Shown here: piece by piece, positions 1-13,497 of the stretch
Position numbering within the stretch: the stretch's first letter is position 1
Layout: the number at the start of each line of letters is the position of its first letter
DNA from: Octopus bimaculoides
Taxonomy: Eukaryota
Direction of reading: 5' to 3'
Assembly (NCBI RefSeq): GCF_001194135.2
Contig: NC_068987.1
Span: forward strand, 55,049,456-55,113,455
Length of the DNA: 64,000 nt
Notes under the pieces: generated by a model
The model's database searches: none
What the model was told of the DNA's origin: nothing
Seen by the model: the letters and a program-made list of their open reading frames with translations, nothing else
Position numbers and translations under genes: made by a program

Positions 1-698
1 GGTAGAGGAATTTTATGAGTATTTTGATAGGGAAATAGAAAGTAATTGACAGAGAATTAAGTTACTTGGTGACTTCTACAGTGTTGGTGCTATAAAAAAA
101 AAGAAGCACCCAGTATACTCTGAAGTGGGTGTTATTAGGAAGGGTACCCAACCATAGAAATCATGCCAAAGCAGACAGTTTGGTGCAATCAAAATGTCAA
201 ACTCTTCCCAACATGGAAAACTGATATTAAATGATGAGCTGATATAAATGTTGGTTAGTTAATTAGTTGAGTTGTCCACTCACACTTTACTTCATATAGA
301 GAAAGTGGTGATGGTGGGGAGATTAAAACAGATACAGTGAGAGTTAAAATATAAGGTACAAAACGAGTGCACATAGTTGGCTTGGTGGCAGGCAAGGATT
401 AAAGGAATGCCATGCACATAAATACACACGCATTCAAAGAAGAAATAAGAGTTAGATGACATGGGAGATAGGAAATAAATGACAGAGTTGAGAGAGAGGG
501 GAATGAAAATACAACAGTTGAAAACAATATAATGAAGTGTAAAAAATATTGTAGAAATGATACAACACAGTAGAGGAAGTGAAAAAGAGAGGAGGGAGAG
601 AGTGTAAGGGGAAAGGTGATAGGTATAGGAGAGAGAGAATTATTAAGGGAGGTGATAGAATGAGAAACATCAGAGGGTGAGGCAGTCAATTATAAATG

Positions 699-1261
699 TA
701 CTCTTTTACTTGTTTCAGTTATTTGACTGCGGCCATGCTGGAGCACCACCTTTAGTCAAGTAAATTGACCCCAGGACTTATTCTTTGTAAGCCTAGTACT
801 TATTCTATCGGTCTCTTTTGCCGAACCGCTGAGTTACGGGGACGTAAACACACCAGCATCGGTTGTCAAGCGATGTTGGAAGGGGAAGACAAACACACAC
901 AAACATATATACATACNNNNNNNNNNNNNNNNNNNNNNNNNNNNNNNNNNNNNNNNNNNNNNNNNNNNNNNNNNNNNNNNNNNNNNNNNNNNNNNNNNNN
1001 NNNNNNNNNNNNNNNNNNNNNNNNNNNNNNNNNNNNNNNNNNNNNNNNNNNNNNNNNNNNNNNNNNNNNNNNNNNNNNNNNNNNNNNNNNTATACACACG
1101 ACGGGCTTCTTTCAGTTTCCGTCTACCAAATCCACTCACAAGGCTTTGGTTGGCCCGAGGCTATAGTAGAAGACACTTGCCCAAAGTGCCACACAGTGGG
1201 ACTGAACCCAGAACCATGTGGTTGGTAAGCAAGCTACTTACCACACAGCCACTCCTGCGCT
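699..1261 (-). mobile_element. tRNA-headed CORE-type SINE 'family A' (octopus OR2-like), interrupted by a gap
   Basis: The head has A/B-box-like tggctgtgtgg / ggttcagtccc, followed by a CORE-like accttgggcaagt, an internal (TA/TG)n linker, and a tail ending gactgaaacaagtaaaaga. The family name is from recall only. Confidence 0.8.
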
Positions 1262-3297
1262 AAATTAAATCTTTTGTCTTTAACTTGTTTCAGTCATTGG
1301 ACTGTGGCCATGCTGGAGTACTGCTTTGCAGGGTTTAGTCAAGCAATTCCACCCCAGTACTTATTTTTAGAGTTTGATTCTTATAGTAAATGTCTCATTT
1401 TGCTGAACTTGTAAGTTACAGGGATGGAAACACGCCAACACTGGTTGCCAAGTAGTAGTCGGGCTCAGACATAACACAAATGCAAAGTTACACACACACA
1501 GAAGACAGGATTTCAGTTTCTTAATAGAAGCCCAATGTGCTTGCTATGCAGTGGGTCTGAACCCAAGACCACATGGCTGGAATGTAAGCTTTTAACTACA
1601 CACTCACATCTGTGCCAATGAAGCCAGATCTGCACCCATTAAAGCATATCCTATTTAAAAAGTTACTTGGCAAAAAAAAAAAAATGATAAATGGTATAAT
1701 AAAGATGAGAATCGTGAAGATATAAAAGTATTTAAATGGCTAGTTTTGTAGAGAGGTGAATAAACAAAAATAGAAGTATCAAATGTAAACAAAATATGTT
1801 TGCATGAGGCAAAGCTAAGAGTAATTACAGAAACGCTCAGAAATGCATGTGTATGTATGTGAACATATTATAGTCTTATATACACATACACAAATGTATA
1901 TATACATTTTTGAATGTGCCCTCACACACACACAGTATTAATTTTAAAGTAATAAATATTGTTCTTCTGGAAATTTGTAATTATTTCATCATTTTGCATA
2001 TGCACTTAAGAAATATATTCAAAGCTAAATTATAGTTATTGTATGTTTGCCATATTTCTTGATATCACCCATGGTGTCAGAAATATACTCTCTCTCTCTC
2101 TCTCTCTCNNNNNNNNNNNNNNNNNNNNNNNNNNNNNNNNNNNNNNNNNNNNNNNNNNNNNNNNNNNNNNNNNNNNNNNNNNNNNNNNNNNNNNNNNNNN
2201 NNNNNNNNNNNNNNNNNNNNNNNNNNNNNNNNNNNNNNNNNNNNNNNNNNNNNNNNNNNNNNNNNNNNNNNNNNNNNNNNNNNNNNNNNNNNNNNNNNNN
2301 NNNNNNNNNNNNNNNNNNNNNNNNNACCTCCTCTATAGCTAGACATCTGTTTCTGTCTCTCTGTCACACTCTAACCTTTCATCATCCGGTGCAAGATCAC
2401 CTCTTCCAATTCTCCCTCCCCTCTCAAACATTCCTTGTCTTGCAAAGTTACTTGGTCACCCTGCTATACTGTAAAGTAGTTGGCATTTGGAAGGGCATCC
2501 AGCTGTGAAAATCATGCCAAAACTAACCTTGTCTGTGCTGGTACCACGTAAAAAGCACCCAGCCCACTCTGCAGAGTGGTTGGTGCTAGGAAGGGCATCC
2601 CTTCCATAAAAAAAGAAAAGACCATGTCAAAACAGACACAGAAGTATGATGCCGGCTTCTGCCTGGCCAGCTACTGTCAAACTGTCCAACCCATGCCAGC
2701 ATGGAAGGAGGATGTTAAATGATGATGACGGTAGTTGCTCGATCATATGTGGATAACACTCTGACACACATACACACACACACACACGTTTTTATTCTTT
2801 TACGTGGTTCAGTCATTAGACGGTGGGCATGCTAGGGCTTCACCTTGAAGGGGTGAGTCAAACAAATCAACCTCAGTACATTTTTATTTTAAGCCTGGTA
2901 CTTATTCCATCAAATTCAATTTGCTGAACTATGTTATGAGAATATAAACAAACCTACACTGGTTGTCAAGCAGTGGCAAGAGACAAACACTAACAAATAC
3001 ACACACACACACGCGCGCATACATGATGGGCTTCTTTCAGTTTCTGTCTACTAAATCTACTCACAAGGGTTTGATTGACTCAGGGCCTATAGTAAAAGGC
3101 ACTTGTCTAAGGTGTCGGTCACAATGTGAGACTAAACCTGGAACTCATGTAGTTGGGAAGCAAACTTCTTACCACTCACCCACTATCATTTATGTCCTTA
3201 ACCTTTAATCATTTGGTTTTCTCTGTCAAATGTAATATCTATTCAGAATGTTTTGAATTAATCTTGCATTATCTTATAGCTTCGAGATTTTCATGAT

Positions 3298-3665
3298 GTG
3301 AGACCTTTGGCAATATGCCATGCTTGAGAAAACCCGTCAAGCCAAGTGAAATTATAGTCGTGGCTGATGCCGGTGTCACATAACTGGCACCCATGCCAGT
3401 GGCATGTAAATACAGCCTTCAAACATTGGGCCTCACAGAAGCAATGATTAGTCGTGACCAATGCCGGTGTCATGTAACTGTCACCTGTGTCGGTGGCACA
3501 TAAAAAGCACCCATTTCACCCTTGGAGTGGTTGGCATTAGGAAGGGCATCCAGCTGTAGAAACCATGCCAAACCAGATTGGAACCTGGTGTAGCCCTACA
3601 ACTTACCAGTTTCAGTCAAACTGTCTAACTCTTGCCATCATGGAAAGCAGACACTAAATGATGAA
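3298..3665 (+). mobile_element. RTE LINE 3' end (ORF terminus DLWQYAMLEKTRQAK* plus 3'UTR) inserted in a TTAA MITE
   Basis: The ORF end is followed by the shared ggaagggcatccagctgtagaaa...catggaaagc...(tga) tail. Confidence 0.7.
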
Positions 3666-4311
3666 AATGATTGCTTATTTTTGAAAGACATTGTAGGGTA
3701 GGAGTGAGAGGCAGGAGCTGGCTGGTTTGAATACTAAAGGGTTAAAAATCACCTCATTATTTTCTGTATGGATGTAGTTTTTAATACTTTAGGCTTCTCA
3801 ATAATCATAATAATAATAATAATAATAATAATGCCTTTGAGAAAGACATTAATGCCATGTAATCTAACCTCGCACTTTCATTTTATAGGAATGTGTAATA
3901 AATATAGCTTCAGAAATAATTCTTGTGTATGAAATCAAAATGTAATATCTAATATTCCCTATTCAAATTCAGGGTTATGTAATAGCAGGGGGTTCATGAA
4001 ATAGGAATTACTAAGATTTTGGGTGGGTTTTTTTTTCTGTTTCAATTCATCTGAGAATCTTACCCACCCTTCAAAAGCTGGCTTTCTGCCTCATTAGAAG
4101 AAATCAATATTTTAGTTCGCTGTTTCTTAAGCACAATTTTTTTTAATAAGATATGCAGCAAATAGGTACAGGTATTACTGTGTGGATAAAAAGCTCACTT
4201 TGCGACCATGTGCTTTCAAGTTCAATCTCATTACATGGCATCTTGGGCAAGTGTTACAGCCTCTGGTTGACCTTTTGAGTGAATTTGGTAGACATAAACT
4301 GTATGGGAGCC

Positions 4312-4350
<39 letters not shown>

Positions 4351-5995
4351 ATGTTTGGGTTTGTCATACCCCAGCTGTTACCCACTTGCTACCATTTGAC
4401 AACTAGTGTTGGTTTACTTACCTCCTTTTAATGTAGTGGTTCGTCATAAAAGACTGACAGAATAAGTATTAGTCTTAAAGAAAATACTGGAATCGATTTG
4501 TTCAACTAAAACCCTCTATCGCAGTGCCCCCGTATGGCCAGAGTCCAATAACTGAAACAAGTATATAAAAAGAATGTGCATATATTGCTAACATCTGCAA
4601 AGATGACATAACTATCACACACTTTATTTACCCAACTACTCTAAGAACTTGAAGCCTTGTACTTGTGTGCATGCAACCAGTCTTTTTCCAGTGAAATAAG
4701 CCAGCCACTCTTCAGTGACTTATTTCTCTGTTTTATCATAGATTTTTAAACTATCATCCATGTATTAATTTTGACATTATCTTGGCACTTCTCCACTTGA
4801 ATGTCAATTCTGTTCAACAAATTGGAGTAAACTTTTTTTTTACTTTCTTCTATTTTTGATTTAGTTTTCTTAGATTTCTTTCCAAACATGTTAATGTTTT
4901 GTTTTTCTTATTTATCCCTATCTACTTTGATCAATAATATATTATTAAGAAAAAAACAGAATAGTAAATTTAAGCATCAAATAATTTTGTAACTGACGTC
5001 TATTTGTATTGTCTGCTGTGCTATGATTTCATTTGTCTTCAGACTTCTTTCTTATCTGTTTTCTGGTACACTGAAGCTTTATTTAATCTCTCTGGACCAT
5101 TTTAAAAGTATGCCACTGCATGGTGGTTGATCTAACATGTTTGATCTATCTTTGAAAGTTGAATCTCATTACCATATTTATTATTCCCACTAGCTTGTGA
5201 GCTATGGGATAATCCTCTTCTTCAAAAAAAAAAAGAAGACTTCAGATTAGGGTTGATTTTTAATATTTTTATTTTCATTCAGGTTTTAAACTTTAAAAAA
5301 AAAATACAGTAAATCTGATGTTTAGAAATAGTAATGGAGAAGCATTGAGAAATTTATGAATAAGTTATTTAGCACTGTACCTCAAAGCAAATTCTGTTAT
5401 AAATAATAATTTGTGATATATTGGGTAGAAAACTCCTTGGATGGAAAAAATGGCTTGATGGCTACTTGGAAGATACAAACCAATAATCTTTTGTTCTTAT
5501 ATCAAATGTGCAGACCTTCCTGTTTTTTTTTTTTTTAGTCCAATTTGTTACTGGTGAAGGTGTAGCTGTTGTTAACAAGCTTGCTTCCAAACTACATGGT
5601 CTTAGGTTCACTTCCAACATGCAGTGCCTTGTGTGTCTTCTACCATAATTCCAGCTTGACCAAGCTTTGTGAGTGGATTTGGCAGATAGAAACTGAAAGA
5701 AGCGTTTTCTGTGTGTGTGTGCCCTTGTTTTGACATCACGTGACATTGTAAACAAGCGTCACTGTGATGTTTGTTTCTAGTCTTCTGTGGAAAACATGTC
5801 TGGTCAGGTGAGGGCTGGTGACAGGAAGAGGGCATCTGTCTGTAGAAAATCTGCCTCAGCAGGTTCTGTTTGACTCATTCAAGCATGGAAAAGTGGATGT
5901 TTAATAATGATGATATTTACAAGCTGTTGTAGTTAGATTTAAACAGCATGCGTTCATCGAACTGAAATTGAAATCCAAATTTAAATCAATAATAA

Positions 5996-6400
5996 TGATA
6001 ATTCTTTCTACTATAGGCAGGCATGAAACTAAAATTTTGAAGGGGAGGGCTAGTTGATCATTGCATTGACCCTAAAAGGATGAAAGACACAGTTAACCAT
6101 GGCAGAATTTGAGCTAAGCATTTTGTCTAGTGTGGTCATGATTCTGCCTGCCCACCACCTTAATAATAATGATAGTGATCCTTTCTACTATAGGCATAAG
6201 GCCTGAAATTTTTGTAGAAGGGGCTAGTTGATTACATTGCTCCCCAGTGCTCAACTGATACTTATTTCGTTGACCACAAAAGGATGTAAGGGAAAGTTGA
6301 CCCCTGCAGAGTTTGAACTTCAAACATAAAGTCTGATGAAACTCTGCTAAGCATTTTGTCCGGTGTGCTAACAATTCTGCCAGCTTGCTACCTTAATAAT
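5996..6400 (-). mobile_element. Two tandem SINE family D copies
   Basis: Reverse-orientation modules separated by (AAT)n. Confidence 0.7.
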
Positions 6401-6977
6401 AATGATGATAATAATAATTAAAAAAAGGTGAAAATTAAATTTGCTTCGCATTGGATATTAATTTTGTATTGAAATATAAATTTAATATTACAGTAGAAAG
6501 CAACTCATTGTGGTCATTGTAAGATAAAGCCATTCTGAAAAGAATTACCAAGTAATGACAATAGCTGATTGATAACATTAAGTAAATAAAATTTGGGAAC
6601 AACTGATTTTGATAACAATGACCAATTGATAACATTATTTGTATTTCTAATAAATAACTTCCACTCTGTCTCTTTTCGGTTTGTGCTTACTCGTGTAAGG
6701 CTCGTTGTTTACCACAGTCAGGCTATGTGCATAATGAACTGCCATCCTAGCATTTTAGAGTCATGGAATTAACCCTTTTATTACCATATTTCTGTTGAAT
6801 TTATCTTGAAAATAATGAATTTAGTAAAATAATCGTCATTAATTAAGCTGGTGTTAGGAAATAAATTAACAAGAAATTTTAATGGAAGCTTTTAATTTAG
6901 TTCACTTTCAAAATAGGAGCCAGAATAGGCAGTCTCAGGTGGATTGGAAGAACTGCAGTAATCTGTTAAGATAGAGG

Positions 6978-7143
6978 GACAGCTTTGTCACACTGTGTCA
7001 CGCTGAATATCCCCGAGAACTACGTTAAGGGGACACGTGTCTGTGGAGTGCTCAGCCACTTGCCCGTTAATTTCACGAGCAGGCTGTTCCGTTGATCGGA
7101 TCGACTGGAACCCTCGACGTCGTAAGCGACAGAGTGCCAACAA
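6978..7143 (+). mobile_element. SINE family C 3' half
   Basis: Runs gtcacactgtgtcacgctgaatatccccgagaactacg...gtgccaac. A decayed reverse copy lies at about 40222-40385. Confidence 0.8.
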
Positions 7144-7290
7144 TATCTATTATATAACTAACAAGATTATGAAACAGCTGTAAACAAATGGAATAAACAT
7201 CTACACTTTCACCTCACATATATAATTGTCCATTCTTGTTCTGGAGACAGTCAGGTTTCAATACAATTAAAAAAAAGTTTTTTGTTTCAT

Positions 7291-7683
7291 TACTCTCTTT
7301 TACTCTTACTTGTTTCAGTCATTTGACTGGCCATGCTAGAGCACCGCCTTTTAGTCGAGTAAATCGACCCCAGGACTTATTCTTTGTAAGCCTAGTACTT
7401 ATTCTATCGGTCTCTTTTGCCGAACCACTAAGTTACGGGGATGTAAACACCAGTATCGGTTGTCAAGCGATGTTGCACGGGACAAACACACACACATACA
7501 CACATAATATATACATATATACGATGGGCTTCTTTCAGTTTCCGTCTACCAAATCCACTCACAAGGCTTTGGTCGGCCCGAGGCTGTAGTGGAAGACACT
7601 TGCCCAAGGTGTCATGCAGTGGGACTGAACCCGGAACCATGTGGTTGGTAAGCAAGCTACTTACCACACAGCCACTCCTATGC
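7291..7683 (-). mobile_element. SINE family A, full-length young copy
   Basis: Near-identical to 699-1261 and to the reverse complement of 59248-59682. Confidence 0.85.
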
Positions 7684-8865
7684 ATTTTACAAACTGTTCC
7701 TTGTGGGACCTATTTTCAATGACTTTTGCATGGGCTAATGAGCATTAGTTGTCTGTTGTCTATGGAGACACAGGTTAACAATCCTGGTGGGATGCAAACT
7801 GCTGTCACTTCAGCTGATGAGAGGTTAACATTCTATCGACTCAGCAGACTGCAATGTTTTCTTTTTTTTTCTCTCTTAATCATTTTGAAAAACTAAAAAC
7901 AGTTGCCTTTAAAAGCAACAAAGTAATTATTTCAGTTCTAAAACATGTGTATACATATTAGAAATTGGAGATCAATACAATCTATGCCAAAAATGAAATA
8001 GAGTAAACAGAATGTTCAGTTGTTAAATGTAAAAAGGTCACATTTTTTCTTTCCCCCCACCACTGATCAAATATTTTTTTTTTTTGTTAACATAAGGTTT
8101 CCTCTTTCTTGTTTGTTATTATTATATTTTTTTATTTCTTTCTAACATTAATATGTTGTTAATTCCATAGCTAACAGCCTTCCCATTTTAGTATGAATTA
8201 ATTAACCATGCTATTGTTTATTTCAGTGGATGATCGATTCTAATTGCTTTATATACTAAGGTGTAGAATAAAATAAAAATTTTTTTTTAAATTGTATTTC
8301 TTTATAACTATTGTTTCCTCTTGTGTGTGTGTGTGTGTGTGTGTGTGGTTATGTGATTACTCAGAGGGTAAAGTTGATGGTATGTTGGGAAGATCTGTTA
8401 TGTTTTGTTTGTAATGAATTAATTCCCAAGCTACAGTTGATGTACAATTTAATCAAAATAGAATGCAGTATTTCTCTCTCTCTCTCTCCCCCTCCCTCAA
8501 CCATTTGTTTGTTTTTCTGTCACTTATACAATTTGCAAAAGTTGTGTTATTCACACACACACACACACACACACACTCTTCTGCTCACAATGCTGTCACA
8601 ATATACTCTTACTACACCACACTATATCAATGACTATTATATCTCTTTACTCTTGCATAGACAAATACAGTCTCTTCAATAAATTCCAACAGATTTTTTT
8701 TTTTTTTCCATTGCTGAGTTTGGATGAAAGGGAAGAGCCCATGACTTGCAAATCCTCTGAGACTGATGCCATTTAAGCCCAGAATTGAAAGAGATGGAAC
8801 AAATGCTGCTAAGCATTTTTGTCCTGTGTGGTGACAGTACTACCAGCTCATCACCTTTTATATAT

Positions 8866-9250
8866 CGTGGCTGTGTGGTAAGAAGCTTGTTTCCCAACCA
8901 TATAGTTCCAGGTTCAGTTCCACTGCATGGCACCTTGGCCAAGTGGTTTTTACTGTAGCCTTAGGCTGACCAATAGCCATGGTCAGTTTTTTACTATAGC
9001 CTTAGGCTGACCACACCATGGGAGTGGATTTGGTAGAAACTGAAAGAAGCCAATTTTGTGTCTGTCCATCTGTCCACCGCCATCACTTGATAACCGGTGT
9101 TGATGTGTTTACGCTCCCATAACTTAGCAGTTCAGCAAAAGAGACTGATAATTAACAACCAGGCTTAAAAAAAAAAGAAGAAAGAAAAGTTCAAGGTTGG
9201 TGCCCCAGCATAGCTACAGTCTCTTGATTGAAACCAGTAAAAGATAAAAG
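8866..9250 (+). mobile_element. SINE family A with internal ~40 bp duplication
   Basis: The unit ttttact(g/a)tagccttaggctgacca occurs twice within 8947-9020. Confidence 0.75.
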
Positions 9251-9674
9251 ATATACATATGTATATAGATATATAAAGTATGTTGTTGGTAACAAAAGTA
9301 CTTAAGTTTCATGCCATGAAAGCAAATGTTCTGATATTCCCTAGTGATTTTAGCTTACAGTTATTGTCTTGGCAATCATCAGTTTTGTTCGTCAATGTAA
9401 CTATAACCCAAATTACCTTGGTATAAGCTGGACATTTGCCCCCATGGCACAAAACTTTGTTTATTAGTAACAATATAGTGTGTACACACGCACACACACA
9501 TCAATAATTCTCATAATTATTGAGTGCATATTTTGCCAAGCTTATCAACAAAAGAATAGTTAGTTTCCCAACCACATGGTTCCACTGTATGGCACTTTTG
9601 GCAAGTGTCTTCTATTATGGCCCCCAAACCAACCAAAGCCTTGTGAATGTATTTGGAAACTGGAAAAAGCTCAT

Positions 9675-9679
<5 letters not shown>

Positions 9680-9751
<72 letters not shown>
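9680..9751 (+). repeat. (TA)n microsatellite, the linker within a SINE A copy
   Basis: Read directly from the sequence. Confidence 0.95.
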
Positions 9752-9997
9752 TTGAATGTGTCTTTGCCTCTGTGATTGTAACCTACTACTGCTTGACAAC
9801 CAGTACCAGTTTGTTTACATCCTTGTAACTTAGTGGTTTGGCAAAAGAGACTGATAGAATAAGTGACAGGCTTTTAAAAAATAAGTACTGGAGTCAATTC
9901 AGTCGACTAAAAACTCTTCAAAGTGGTGTCCCAGCAAGACCACACTCAAATGACCAAAAAGTGAAATTGTAAGATACCACACGAGTGGAAATATATA

Positions 9998-10238
9998 TGA
10001 AAGAAGGTTTGAAAATGCAATTTTAAAGATATTTATTCACTTTACCGGTTTCACTTTTTTAGAAAAAGATTGTCAAAATATAAAGCTTTATATAAGCTTT
10101 GTAGTGTTAAGTACAGGTTGTCACAAAAGTATTAAAATACAACCTGTACTTAACGCTACAAAGCTTATATAAAGCTTTATATTTTACTTTTGACAATCTT
10201 TTTCTAAAAAAGTGAAACCATTTGCAAACCTTCTTTCA
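9998..10238. repeat. Near-perfect long palindrome in (TA)n, with a hammerhead-like motif near each outer end
   Basis: Inner arms 10047-10121 and 10139-10219 (one substitution, one 6 nt indel) surround a 17 nt loop. Outer arms are 9998-10017 and 10219-10238. Confidence 0.9.
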
Positions 10239-10242
10239 GATG

Positions 10243-10293
<51 letters not shown>

Positions 10294-11262
10294 TGGTGGC
10301 ACATAAAAAGTACCCAGCACACTCTGTTAAGTGGTTGGCATTAGGCGGGGCATCTAGCTGTAGAAAACATGCCTCAACAGACAACGGGAGTCTGGACAGC
10401 TCTGTACTAGCCAGCTTCATGTCAAACCATCCAGCCCATGCCAGCATGGAAAGTAGGCATTAAACAATGATGATGATAATGATGCACGGTTATAGTTCTG
10501 TGATTATAAATATTGCTTTTCCTCTACGTGATTCCAGGTTTGGTCCTACTGTGTGGCACCTTGAACAAAGATCTTCTACTATAACAACAATGGGCTGATC
10601 ATTGCCTTGGTAGACAGAAACTTGGAAGCCCATCTTAACACCATATATGTGTATGTGTGAGAAAACTATTTCAATGCAATCTCATTTACGCCACTTGATG
10701 AAAACTATGTCTTTGTATATATTCTCAGATATGCAAAATCTCTCATTGCTTCAGCTTTTGGTGTAGTAGGATCAAAGGAATGAAAATATTTCAGTTAGAA
10801 AAGAGTAAAGAGTTGATAACAAAAAGAACATCCAGCTTCAACATGCCTGGAAAATATATATATGAAAATGAATAAGAGTGTGTGTGTGAGAGAGAGAGTA
10901 AGTGAGTATGTGTGTATAAGGTGAATATATAGGGATAGATTATCCAGGCAGGTACCGCAATAGCTCTCAGGTATAATCCAGGTTTTGGCTAACCACATCT
11001 AATAGTAATAAACATCAATGATTGTTTAGTATGAGCAATTCTTTTGATGGCTAACTCTGTGTTTACTTCATTGGGTTGCATATGCAATTGCACATACTGT
11101 GCAGTAGAAATACTTGTCAGTCATTTTAACCAACCAATTATGCCATATGACTGACTGTAAAATTAAAAGAAAAGTTTTACGATGTATCAGTCTCTTGTGT
11201 TCTTTGTAATTATTTGATTGGTGTATATATATAAATAAATGTGTGTCTCTCCGCCTCCTCTA

Positions 11263-11301
<39 letters not shown>

Positions 11302-11444
11302 AATGAATGCATAGACATATTTGGTTAAGAAGTTGGCTTCAACCATGTGATTTCAGGTTCATTCCCACTGCACAGCACTGTTCTAGCTATGGGCCAATGA
11401 AATCCTTGTTAGTGGATTTGGTAGATGGAAACTAAAACAAACTG

Positions 11445-11446
<2 letters not shown>

Positions 11447-11512
<66 letters not shown>
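11447..11512 (+). repeat. (CT)n microsatellite forming the linker of a chimeric SINE
   Basis: Read directly from the sequence. Confidence 0.95.
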
Positions 11513-11513
<1 letters not shown>

Positions 11514-11846
11514 GTATGCGTATGTGTGTCCTTGATATCATGTGGTAGTTCTAAACAACCATTACCATACTGGTACGTCATTTGTGTTCTGTCTTCTGTG
11601 AAAGACACGTCCAGCCATGAGAAAATATTACATTGCTTGGAAACAGGAAGTCTACAGTCTTAGAAATTCTACTTCAATGAACTTTGTCTGGTCCATCTAA
11701 GCATAGAAAGTGACTGTGATTGTGATGATGATGCTGAGGATAATGGTGGTGATCACTGTGTCATCTTTTGCTCGTTTCAGTCATTGGCCATGCTGGGGCA
11801 GAGCCTTGAAGGGTTTTTGTGAAATGAAATGACCCCAGTATTTACT

Positions 11847-12567
11847 GGAGATCAGCAGGCAAGTTGGACAAGCATCCTTCACATTTGCCATGCTGACAAA
11901 GAGAATCTGAGAGAAGAGAAAACTAACTCCAAACACCAAGATTGTTGTCTACAAGGCATGTGTCCTTAACATACTACTTTATGGCAGTGAGATACAGAAC
12001 CTCTACTCCAGATAGGATCAGCGCCTCAATGTCTTACACCTTTGTAGCCTGGGATGCATTTTGGATGTCAAGTGAACTGGTCAAGTCAGCAATACTGAAG
12101 TTCTCAATTGTGCCAAGATACCTGGCATATTCACCTTTCTCCAGCAGTGCCATCTGCACTGGGTTGGTTACATATATTGTTTGCCAGATGGGAGTATCCT
12201 AAAAGACCTCCTGTATGGGCAACTGGAGACTGGCACAAGAACACAAGGACAGCCTCATCTTCATTTCAAGAATGTTTGCAAGAGAGATCTGGACATCCTG
12301 AGATGGCAAGAGGTCGTGAATGATTGCCTACAAGAGGATGGAGCAAGAGGAAGAGAAACTAAAATTTGCCACCGAAGAAAAGGCCACTTGAAGAAAGGAA
12401 AACTCATTCACACCCATAGAAAGCATCTTCAAGTGCAATCACTGCATGCAAGATTGCTGCTCCTATGTGGGCCTGTACTGCCACTGCAGACATTGCACTG
12501 CCGTCAGCAGCTGACACAAAACTATCCAGGTACAGATCCATGGTCTTATGATCACGATAAATGCTCA
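11847..12567 (+). mobile_element. 5'-truncated RTE-clade LINE remnant (ORF C-terminus, BovB-like)
   Basis: Broken frames give TKIVVYKACVLNILLYGSE, VSNTEVL, MPDGSILKDLLYGQLETGTR...HFKNVCKRDL and a terminal C-x2-C...H motif, all typical of RTE ORF2 ends. Confidence 0.85.
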
Positions 12568-13184
12568 CGCATACACAAGCACACACGCAGATAATGGTGT
12601 CATTTCAGTTTCTACCTGCCAAATCTACTATCAAGGCATTGGTCAGCCCAGGGTTATAGAAGACACTTGTCTAAGATGCCACACAGTTGAACTGAACCCA
12701 AAACCATGTGGTTAGGAAGCAAACATCTTACGACAAAGCCATACCTGCACCTGTAATGGATCTTTCTCTCTTTGAGGCCAAATTTCTTTTCATTAGCTTA
12801 TTTGCCTTTTCAGCTGTGACCCTGTCATAGATCTGTATGACCATAGTTGGCTAGGACTACATACATTTCAACAGATGGTGGGGAAACTATTCCACTACTT
12901 CATACTGCTATTAATGCCATCTTTCATGTTGTATACTTAAACTATCACGAAAATATTCTATACTCAATAAAACAGACTTAGTTGATTTTGTGGTCTTTGA
13001 TCCAAGAAGGCAGTTTTTTTTGTTTTTTTTTATCAATTCTCTCAGGCTTTTACTTTTACATAAATGGATTTACAGAAAAAGCCAGAAAAATCTATATATA
13101 AATAAAAAGCAACCAAAAAGAATCTGATTGGTCTTCTATAAACTTCATTTGTTTTATTTTGCGTATATATATATATATATATAA

Positions 13185-13221
<37 letters not shown>

Positions 13222-13427
13222 NNNNNNNNNNNNNNNNNNNNNNNNNNNNNNNNNNNNNNNNNNNNNNNNNNNNNNNNNNNNNNNNNNNNNNNNNNNNNNN
13301 NNNNNNNNNNNNNNNNNNNNNNNNNNNNNNNNNNNNNNNNNNNNNNNNNNNNNNNNNNNNNNNNNNNNNNNNNNNNNNNNNNNNNNNNNNNNNNNNNNNN
13401 NNNNNNNNNNNNNNNNNNNNNNNNNNN

Positions 13428-13497
<70 letters not shown>

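Noticed and set aside
399-689. Hydrophobic minus-strand ORFs
   Set aside because: They arise from a GA-rich low-complexity tract.
7236-7685. Recurring ORFs such as MGFFQFPSTKSTHKALVGPRL, MPKVPCSGTEP and MKPDGYTRLRSDLAEF
   Set aside because: These are translations of SINE A and RTE 3'UTR repeats and recur at many copies.
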